Of a DNA stretch of 64,000 bases, positions 36,558-46,170 are shown in pieces (position 1 is the first letter of the stretch; each line of letters opens with the position of its first letter). The notes beneath the pieces are model-generated. The model saw only the letters and a list, made by a program, of their open reading frames with translations, was not told the DNA's origin and searched no databases. The stretch comes from Oikopleura dioica (taxonomy: Eukaryota > Animalia > Chordata), in the NCBI GenBank assembly GCA_907165135.1, contig OU015567.1:4030001-4094000 (forward strand), read 5' to 3'. The position numbers and the translations under genes were made by a program.

Positions 36558-36660
36558 CTCAGAAACCTGTGTCAAAAACCTGAGTCAGGGTCGAAATTTC
36601 AAACAAGATTGAGATCAAGACCCTGACTCAGGATTTCTACACAGGTTTGAGCTCAGGGCC
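36558..36660. repeat. Short CCTGASTCAGG element
   Basis: GGCTCAGAAACCTGTGTCAAAAACCTGAGTCAGGGTC...GACCCTGACTCAGGATTTCTACACAGG. Confidence 0.75.
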
Positions 36661-37639
36661 CAGAACGGTTTACCAGTGAAAAATTCAGGTTTCTTTGATT
36701 TCTTGAAATTATTTCCTGCTTAGGCTAGTAGTTCAAACCCTCGATACTCATTTCCTCAACCAATTTGGCCTCGGAATCGCGATCAAAAGCCGCCGATTTT
36801 CCCGCCGTCGGAAGGCAAAGTGCCCATTTCAACAAAAATTGGAAAATTTTCTCAAGAAACCTTAATTGATACCAGCATCGATCCAGACAGCTCCAGCTCA
36901 GAAAGTCGCACTAGAAAAAACTGACATGTGAACTGACGATGGTCACGGACAGCTTTTGGACATTTCGGAGTTTTCCGATTTTGGATTGAGAAGCACGTGA
37001 CACGCGTCAAAAGTGTGTAAAGCAGCGGATCAAGCACCTACCGTAAACATACTTTTACAAATATTTTTAGGAGACTTGGATTGGAACCAGGAGTTTTTCA
37101 AGGGTTTATTTACATCTGCGCCTTCTATAAGAAACCTCCTTTAGGACCCTGACTCAAGTTTCTACACAGGAAAATGAGCAAAGAAAGAGCTCGAAAAGTC
37201 GTCATTTTCTGCCGAAAAAGACAGTCTCGGTTTTTCTTCTCGGAAAATCTGTAAAAAAGCTGCGGAAAGATTCAAATTCCGCGGTCAGAATTTAGTAAAA
37301 TCGAATTTTCACCCAACTGGCGCATTATTTTTTCCCTCTCTTTTCGTCTCTACGGCTCTTTTGGCCGTCTGGATTACGTGTAACCGCGGGCGCAGGGTCC
37401 GACCACAATCCCGGAGCATTATTTCGACTCGATTTGACCGACCGGTTCATCACCCGCCAAACCATAACGTGCTTATAGCGTTTCACAAGGAAAAAAATCA
37501 CTGAAGGAAGGATAAGGAACACTGGCCAACGCCAAAAAAGGACGGATTAGGGCCAAGGCCGGGGCATATCGGCACCAGATTATGAGCTTTTTTTGAGAAA
37601 AAAATGCAAAGCACAAAAATTTCTCAGAAATCTATCTTT

Positions 37640-37733
37640 TGCAACCTGTGTAAAAACCTGACTCAGGGTCCTGAAAAGCTAAAATTCCCATCTCAGGACC
37701 CTGAGTCAGGTTTCAACACAGGTTGGCGAGCCA
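37640..37733. repeat. Short CCTGASTCAGG element
   Basis: GCAACCTGTGTAAAAACCTGACTCAGGGTCC...GGACCCTGAGTCAGGTTTCAACACAGGTTGGC. Confidence 0.75.
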
Positions 37734-38468
37734 CTGATCATATTGTCTGGTAGACAAGGGCTCCTTCATCGATTTCTCCTGTCTACTAGACATTTTCAAT
37801 AATTCCTAAATCCTTAATTCTACAAATGATTGATTCAAGAATTTTTTGAACAGTGTGTACGGAAGGATCAAAAAAGTAGTTAACAAGCTCTGATCGAACG
37901 GATTTGGGCACACTTTGCTTGATTAAAATTGATCCCTTTTAGAACAATGAAGACAGACTACTGGTACACTGTTGCCAAAGAAAAAAGAAACATGATCATA
38001 AGTTGTCCCAGGATTTGGGGAAACGCGATTTTTTTCTCGAAATTGCAAATTTCATTTTGTTTTTTAGAAAGTTATTTTTTGATTATTTTCCTTCTGCGCA
38101 AGAATCCTCCAATGTGGTCGCCCTATCTTCACCTTTATTTCGTTTCCAAGTGGTCACCTTATCTTCTCCTTATCATCTCCATTCGCGGAGAAAATATAAT
38201 TTTGGAGCACAAAGAAATTGAAAAAAAAATCTTCATTTGAAAAATAGAATATTCGCGTTTTTTGTCCCAGACGCAGCGGGAGGCCAATCGCCCGGAAGGG
38301 CGAGAACACTGGGCCATCAATCGCCTGCTGTGTTTATCGACAGATTTTTACTGAAATTTGCTCACACGCTGCTGGGGTAGAAAAAGGGGAACCCGCTGCG
38401 GGGGAAAATTTAAACCACGCTTAACTTTATTTCTTTATTGGAGGTATGAAAAAATCAAACCAATTGTC

Positions 38469-38579
38469 GGCTTGGCAACCTGTGTAAAAACCTGAGTCAG
38501 GGTCCTGAAAGATCTTTGGTGACAAAAACGCGAAGCTTTTAGGACCCTGACTCAGGTTTTTACACAGGTTCCTGAGCCC
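38469..38579. repeat. Short CCTGASTCAGG element
   Basis: GGCTTGGCAACCTGTGTAAAAACCTGAGTCAGGGTCC...GGACCCTGACTCAGGTTTTTACACAGGTTCCTGAGCC. Confidence 0.75.
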
Positions 38580-40669
38580 ACATTCGGGGCTATTTCGGGG
38601 ATTTGTTTTGATTCGAACCAGGAAGTACTTGATTCGAAAAAAGGATAAACTGATGAACTCCTAATCGTCCACTCTTTCGCTTGTTAAAAATTGATCGCCT
38701 CGCTCGTCACTTTTGTTTTGCAAGTGATTACTTGAACATTTGGAGAAGCTGCATAAATTACAGTCGCCTCGATCAGTGATCAGTGATCAAAATTTGAAAA
38801 GCCCTATTCACCATTTTCTGTCTCCCATTCGACAGGCTCTCTTTGAAAAGCATTCATCCCTTCTTTCAAAAGAATAAGCATCAATTCACTTTTTTGATCA
38901 AGTTCTTTTAATAGCCCTGAAGCATCAAAAAAACGAGCTAATCTCATTAAAACCCATTTTTTGCGTTCTCGGGGGAAGTTCAATACTCAACCGCTAATAA
39001 GACTGTAGCGAAGATCAATTCTAACAGAATTTTGATTCTTTTCAAGGGCTGAAAATATGGCGCACTCAGCATTTATAATAATTAGATGCAGAAAGCTGAA
39101 AAACTGAAATATCGAGTTGAAAATTGAAAAATGATGATGGTGATAAATTATCTCAGCGGGATTTCAAAAATGAATTTTCTTAACAAAGGGTTAGGTTTAG
39201 ATAACAAAATTGAAAATATATTTTTGAAATTTTATTTTTTGTCTTGATTTTCAAGCCGCACGCGGCTTTTCTGATTATATGAGCTTTTTTTAAGAAAACT
39301 GAATTTGGGTCAAATTCGAGAAAAGCCGCGTGGCGGCTTATTTGAAAATAAAGCCGCAAAGTTTATTCATAAAATGACGGCTTCATTTTCAAAATAGCCG
39401 CTCTGCGGCTTCAATAAAAGCTTCTGAAGGACCCTAAGTCAGATATTGAGACATCTAGAAAGCGGGCTCTCTTTTTGATAGAAAATTACTGTATAAAAAT
39501 GTTACTTACTGTTAATTCTTCTGTTAAGTGTCCAAGGAATTCAAATCTCTTTCTTTTTTCTTCTTATTTGTTTTATTATTTTTTCTTATTTCTTCTTTTG
39601 TTTATAAAATCTCTTCGGATAAATGAAAAAACACCAGTTTAACTTGCTACAAAATCGTTTTCAAGATGGTTGAAAATTTTCCTTCTTGATCCTTATTTTT
39701 TTCAATCACACGATGATCGGCGTTCAGAGCGCGTGGCGCGCTCCGCGATTGCTCCACAGCGCCATCTTTTGCGCAAAGCGGGGATGAATTTTCGGGTGCG
39801 CTGCGGGAGAGATTTGACAAAATGTGCACGCGTTGTAGCCCCTAGCGCCCTCTGATAGTGATTTTTGATAATATTTTCAACAAGGGTTCTATAATTATAA
39901 AAATAAAAATTATACTGTGATATTTATCAGTATCTTAGGACGGAAAGAATTTATCTCTTCGGAATAATAGTTAAAATCGACTATAAATGTATTCATAATT
40001 CCATATTTTTATCGAAAATTAGCCACTTATGGTAACCTTATAATTTTCTTTTCTTTTGACTAAAGTCAAAAAAGAAATTTTTTAACAAAATATCGAAAGG
40101 AAAAAAGACCTGATTGTTGATGATAAAGATAGAAAATGATAATTTTTAAGTCAATTTTTATGAAAAATATCGCATTTTCCTAACCCCGAAAAGAGCATCT
40201 CAAATTCGCCAGCGTCTGATCCTCCTTCTTTTTCAATTCTCCGTCGCGGGGAGAAAAAAGGATGAGATGGAATTTCAGCGCCTTTAGAAAACTTTACCCT
40301 TTCTTTCTCGGGGGTCTTTGTTTTGGGAAATTTGAAATTTGATTGAATTCATTAGGCATGAACCAAGGCGCCGCTGCTGCAGCGCAGTAAATTGATCAAA
40401 AATTAAATCTTTATCGTTCCGATAAGCAAAAAACGGCGGGGATAACAGTTTTTATTATTCAATTACAATTTGGTAATTCTTGGTCTTCTTTATTTTTTCT
40501 GGAGAAAGCAAGTTCCAACGAGGATAAATTTAATTTCTTCTTTTCTCCCAGGGTCAATTTATCCTGAATTCTTTTGAAATTTCAGCTTATTTTTGGTTTT
40601 TTGAAATTTTTTACCTAAAAAATTGTGGATACAATTAAGGTGACCCCGTCTTTTATAATATAAGTTTTT

Positions 40670-40962
40670 CTGGGCTAGGAAACCTGTGAAGAAAATCTGT
40701 GTAAAAACCTGCGTTGAAAACCTGTGTTGAAAACCTTTGTTGAAAACCTGTGTAGAAAACCTGTACTGAAAACCTGAGTCAGGGTCCTAAAAAGCAAGAA
40801 AATGAAAAGATAGTTCTCTAGTTGACCTTGTCGTTATCTCATTTTATTGGCAGCGACTAAAATGAAAAGATTATGAGATGTTTTATTGCGAAGCCGCTTT
40901 GCGGCTTCGATTTTAGCTTTTTCAGGACCCTGACTCAGGTTTTCCAAACGACTTGCCGAGCC
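40670..40962. repeat. CCTGASTCAGG element with expanded 13-bp tandem unit in left arm
   Basis: About seven AAAACCTGTGTTG-like units at 40680-40770 precede the palindrome. Right arm ends at 40962. Confidence 0.75.
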
Positions 40963-41002
40963 TAAGATTACTGTTTCCTACAGTAAGCTTTACGGCTTTT
41001 TG

Positions 41003-41516
41003 GGATGACCCTCGGTTCGCCGGGATTTTCCCCTCATCCTCGGTTCGCCGGGACTTTTTGGCCCGAATCCCGGCGAACCGAGGATGACCATTTCGATGTC
41101 TCTTGAACGCTAATTTTTGTTGATTTTGCCGTTTGGGAATGTTGTGATCGTTCACAAAGTACAAGGTAGACATAGAATATAATAAAAAATTATTTACTGT
41201 AAGAAATTATTTACTGTCCCTTACCTAGGGGCTCCGCCCTAGGTCCTAAAATGCCGGGGTCTAGTCTAGGGTTACTTAGGGTTACCTTCAGTAACCCTAA
41301 CTAACCCTAGCCTATCCCCTCGGGAGACGTTGTTCTGTCATTTTGCCCAGTGCCCCCTAACCCTTACATTTATTTATATGAAGTGAACGATAACAGGCTC
41401 GTTCTAGACCTATTTCGCGAAATTTTCTAGAACAATTTTCACCATCCTCGGTTCGCCGGGACTTTTTGGCCCAAATCCTGGCGAACCGAGGATATCCCGG
41501 CGAACCGAGGGTATCC
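41003..41516. mobile_element. 514-bp MITE with 9-bp TSD (Mutator/MULE-like)
   Basis: TIR GGAT(G)ACCCTCGGTTCGCCGGGAT / ATCCCGGCGAACCGAGGGTATCC. Exact direct repeat GGCTTTTTG at 40994-41002 and 41517-41525. Six CCTCGGTTCGCCRGG subterminal motifs. Confidence 0.85.
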
Positions 41517-41939
41517 GGCTTTTTGGGCAAAAAGTTTTCAAAAAGATCGATAAGGGCTTTGCCCAGCAGGAGCTGAAAAATTTCATCAAACACCCTCCCC
41601 CACCCCGTGACTCAAAAATCTTCAAAGCCGTTCCCGCGCAATCCGTTTGATTGTGGTCCTTCAGAGAAGAAAGCAATTTTGCCTTCCTTTCCTGCAGCGA
41701 AAAATTTGCGTCCGCGTGAACGCATTTTCCCATAAACCCCATATTTTCGGTGCCCTTGTTGTTTTTCAAGAGCGGGCGATATTTTGAGAGGGCGATTTTG
41801 GAAGAATAAGTTTTGATAAATATCGGGGGCGGATTATCTAACGCGAAAACGGTTTTGATTTCAAGGGTCAATAATTCTCCTTCTTTGGGAATGAAATTGA
41901 GCATCAATATTGTTGAAAAATCATGTGGAAAAGACAGTC

Positions 41940-42040
41940 AGCTCCGAAACCAGTGTAGAAACCTTAGTCAGGGTCCGGAAAAAAGCCTCAACTTTCTATC
42001 AAAGCCTTTTCAGAACCCTGACTCAGGTTTCTACTCAGGA
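41940..42040. repeat. Degenerate CCTGASTCAGG element
   Basis: AAACCTTAGTCAGGGTCC...ACCCTGACTCAGGTTTCTAC. Confidence 0.6.
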
Positions 42041-44346
42041 TTTTTGGACATGATTAGCAAGACCCCTTTTTTCAACATCTCCATCTTATTGTTCTTAATT
42101 TGCAAGAGCCACTTAAAATTTCTCGAGCAAAAACAGGTGCTTCGAAAAAAAGAGGGAACTTCGCGGTCGAGCGAGCCCAGTTGGCTAATGTGTGAATTTC
42201 TCGAGGAGCGACTTATGCAAAGTAGAGATTGTGTTTTGCGAAAGTATTGTTTACTAAAAAATGCAATCCGGGTCACGGAAGCTCTTGTCCAGCTGGTTTT
42301 TTGAGATGTGATTTTTTCTCTGTTTGCTGCTATTTTTTTTTTGCTGTTTATGGCGATTTGGAGCAACTTGATCGCTATCTACAAGGATGAGTTACAGTAG
42401 CACTTACTGTAAACATCGAAAAAAGGAGAAAAGAGCCATTTTGACGAGGATTTCGTTCAAATTATTGAAGAACCTTCAGGGCAATTAGCCCGATTCTCGA
42501 GCCGACATTTCTACCCGCGGAAATGTCTTTTTGGGAGTGATAAGAAATCCGCGTTGGATACCGTTTAGTAGGTTATCGCTTCAGAGATCCTCTTCTTTCT
42601 AGTGAAAGATCGGAAGCGAGCTAAATCGAGCTAACGAGCTTAGTCGTTTCCGGCGAATCGGATCTCGGACAATTCGACTGCTCATCACCCGCTGCGATTA
42701 TTGGTGATAAGGGAAGGGGCCTTCCCGACCGGGGGAGTCGTTAACCTCTGGGACTTGTTTGAGCGGGATTTGCCTTAGAAGTTATATTCAGAACTTGCTC
42801 TAGAAAACAGGAGAAAAAGAAACAATCGATTATTTTCCGATGATTATGCAGAAAAAAGTAGTTGGTAAGTAATTAAATATACATTTAAAAAAGTGCCACG
42901 TTATAATTATGTTCCGAGCCATATTTAACGTATTGGACACATGTAATGCTGTTGGCGGAACAAAGCGGAAGTCGAATGACGCTGAGTTATATTTATAGAA
43001 TTCTCAGAGTTTCGCGAGCTTTGGCGAATTATGCTTTTAAAGATTCCTTTCTCCTTTTTTCAAAAGCATAATTCGGCATTCGGTGGGTGTATCTAACGAG
43101 TTTATCCCGTTGACTCGATGAACAGTGTGTGCACACGGCGATCACCAAAAACGGATTATGCGACCTGTGCGGAGATTTGCGACGAATATAAACGCCAATT
43201 TCCCACTCAGAATATTCGCAAGTTCGACTTTGCTCGTTTTCGCTGACTCTTGTTTTGTAAATAATTCATTATTCAAAAGGGGCTTCTGACTGTTTCTTCC
43301 TACAGTAAGGCCATTCAATAAACCCTGAAAAAAGATTGCCAAAAAGTTGGCAGAATCGCGCAAAAGGGTTAAAATCGTCTAATTCAAGAAGCCAATTTGC
43401 CCGACCCAAAAAAGATCACGGCCATAAATTCATTCACCGATTATGAGCTAAAATTTGCAGATCAAATACTTCTGGCTTGGGCGGGAGAAAATATTTTCCC
43501 TCAAAATGTCAGCGCCGATATCTGAAATGTCCGAAAATTTGAGGTCAATAGAGCATTTCCGAGCGTGACGCGATTACGTTATCCATTCCGGTGCAAACAA
43601 TAAGAAATTGATATCACCTGCGCTTCCGGATTTCGGCTTCGATGCGAATTGGTAATTGTATTTTGAAGGAAAGACAATTTCAGCTTGAATTATTTATTAT
43701 CAAGTAAGTAATTGAACTGTTCAATCCCAACAACTGAGATTGTCGCATACTGTTCTGTTGTAAGAATCAGGATTGTCTGCCAAAAATTCCATGCAATTTC
43801 TTGGTCCAATACTCTCATTGAAGTAGCTAAAATAAAGTTATTTGTAAAGAGTAATTTGTAAATATAAAGTATATCAATTAGTAATATAGTATTTACAGTA
43901 TTTAATCTGTTTATAAAAAGAATATTTTTTACTGTTTATATAAGTAAGGGGGGGGGGTTCGACGAGAATCGGGATTTCCGTGACCAAAAATGCGGGAAAA
44001 CCGGATAAGATTGGGAAAATCTGAGGATACTGTTGGCGAAAACTAGAAAAAAAATTTGCCGGAAAAAATCGGTCGAAAATCCCCTGAAAGTAGGGGCATT
44101 TTCGCGAAAATGCACCGAAAATAGCCATCTTTTTACATTTTTCTTAATTTTAACCCCTTAATCTCATTTTTATGAATTTTTTTAGGGTCAAAAAATTCGG
44201 GATATTCTGAAAATTCTAAAGATATAAGTTTCATACACTGTTTATGATATAAAGACTATGTGAACAAGCGAAATTACGATCATCCCTGAAAAATTTCTCG
44301 ACGCCCCCCTTAAAATAAAGAAACGCCTAGCGCTAAATTTTGTCAT

Positions 44347-45159
44347 TTACCAATCTTCGCCACAAGTAAAGCAATCCTGAGGCCACCCTGGACAAGTCCT
44401 GCCATAATTTATGCCACCAGTACAGTCACCTTATTTAACTTTCATAAAAATTTATAAAGAGGTATTTACCTGCTTTAATATTCTCGCAAAAATTAACGCA
44501 TCCTTCAGTAGACCCATTAAACCATGTCGTGTAAGTGACGTAAGGAGGTGTAGTTGAAGTCGTTATTGCGGAGGTTGACGAAGTTGTTGATGAAGAAGTT
44601 GAACTTACGCAAGGGCATTCTCGCATTTGAGCAATCTCAATATTTTGGCAATCTTCATAGCATGAAATGAATGGTGGGCATCCTTTCATACATTCATTCT
44701 TATAATTAAAGAATATTTATTTTTGCCTCCGAGAAATTACATGATCCAATATGGCATTATCCCGACAAGTTTTGTACTCTTCGTTATCTTCCTCAGCGTT
44801 ATCGCATCGCGAGCAAATCTCATTTTCGCAGCCTTTGCATCCAACAAGACAATTTTGACCACAGGGACAGTATGCCTCGCAATCTTTTATTTAAAGTCGA
44901 TTGGATAAAGAAATTTGCCTTACTTGAAAAGGTGGAAAGGCAGAAGCTGTTACAGCTTGCGCTATCACAACTTGCAAGACACCCAAGGTAGTTAAGCCGA
45001 CATGATGTTACACACTCATCATACAATTCCCGATCTCTTTAACATACCAATATAATAAATGCTTAAAAAAGTAATCACTTACTGACAAAACTCCTCTCTA
45101 AGATGGTCTTGAGGCTTCGATTCAAATTGTCCAAGAAAAAAGAAAACGAAAATTCTCAT
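44347..45159 (-). CDS. Secreted Cys-rich protein (CPCxxxCxxGCxxC module) with Ser/Thr spacer
   Basis: MRIFVFFFLGQFES signal; DECVTSCRLNYLGCLASCDSASCNSFC...CPCGQNCLVGCKGCENEIC; last exon DCTGGINYGRTCPGWPQDCFTCGEDW*. Confidence 0.75.
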
Positions 45160-46047
45160 TTTCTAAAATGTTTTGAACAATTTTCGCTCCTTTTTATTAA
45201 TAAAAGCTCTTAGATTAAAGGACTATAAATTTTTCTTGTCGAATTTTGCGTGATGAAAAGAATAAAACTATCATTGAATTTCATTGGAATGGTTTATGAC
45301 TCCTTCAAGTTGAGAGGTTCCCAAAGATTCAAAGGAGAAAAGAGCCCTGATAGATTTGGTTTCCTATGAAATGTTATAATTTGAATAATATGATATTATT
45401 AATATCTATATTTTTGCTCCTTTATTACTAGTAGGTGAGATTTGAAAGTTGTAAATTTTATTGTAAGTTAAACGCGTCAAAAATATACGAGATTGTCGTT
45501 ATTCTTATCTTCGTGCTCTCTGCTCTGAGATATTTTACGACAGGCCCTGATCTCCGCTACACGTTTTTCTGATCCGACGACAGAGAAATCGTTTTACTTT
45601 TTCAGCAGAAAATACACTCCAGGGAATTTATTCACACTTCCTGTTTTCGGCCGCTTTTTGGTCTCTTAGGGTCATCTGGCCAGACTGGCGCCCACGTGAC
45701 ATACAAAAATTTTGGAAAGAGAAAATTTGAAAAAGATAAATAAGAAAGCGAAGAAGTTTTTATGGAGAATTGTAATACGAATTGCACAGAAGCGTGTTCC
45801 CTTACTTTCAGGAAGGAATGAAAAAATTCTTTTTACTGTTAAATTTGTGCTAAAAATCGAGGAACCGCTTGCGGCTTCTAATAAAACTAGGGAAAAAGCC
45901 GCGCTTCTCGACTTTCAGGAACAGTTTTGATCGGAATTCGAGTCGAAAATGACAGTATGGGTATTAAAAATGACGATTCTCCTTGTTGATTTCAACAAAT
46001 TTTCCCCCTCTTCAGTACTGGTTGAGTCCCTAAAGTCGACCTACCAG

Positions 46048-46129
46048 GACTGGATGGCCGAGCGGTCTAAGGCGTTGGATTAAGGCTCCAATCTCTTCGG
46101 GGGCGTGGGTTCGAATCCCACTTCAGTCA
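46048..46129 (+). tRNA. tRNA-Leu (anticodon AAG)
   Basis: Acceptor stem GACTGGA/TTCAGTC, D-arm TGGCCGAGCGGTCTAAGGC, anticodon stem TTGGA-TTAAGGC-TCCAA, long variable arm, GGTTCGAATCC T-loop, TTTT terminator just downstream. 82 nt. Confidence 0.95.
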
Positions 46130-46170
46130 AACCTTTTGTCCATTCCATCCCTTAGCCCTTATCTCCACAG

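Noticed and set aside
36852-37037. ORF beginning LDPLLYTLL, resembling GPCR TM7
   Set aside because: No other TM exons found nearby; probably coincidence.
41357-41907. ORFs 41410..41907 and 41357..41593 as genes
   Set aside because: They run into the MITE TIR, with no domain or splice support.
24783-42040. Palindromic repeats with short spacers as a CRISPR-like array
   Set aside because: Eukaryotic context, repeats are paired in inverted orientation and dispersed, no regular spacers, no cas genes.
45949-46083. 44-codon ORF reading into the tRNA
   Set aside because: Short, stops in the anticodon loop, no homology signal.
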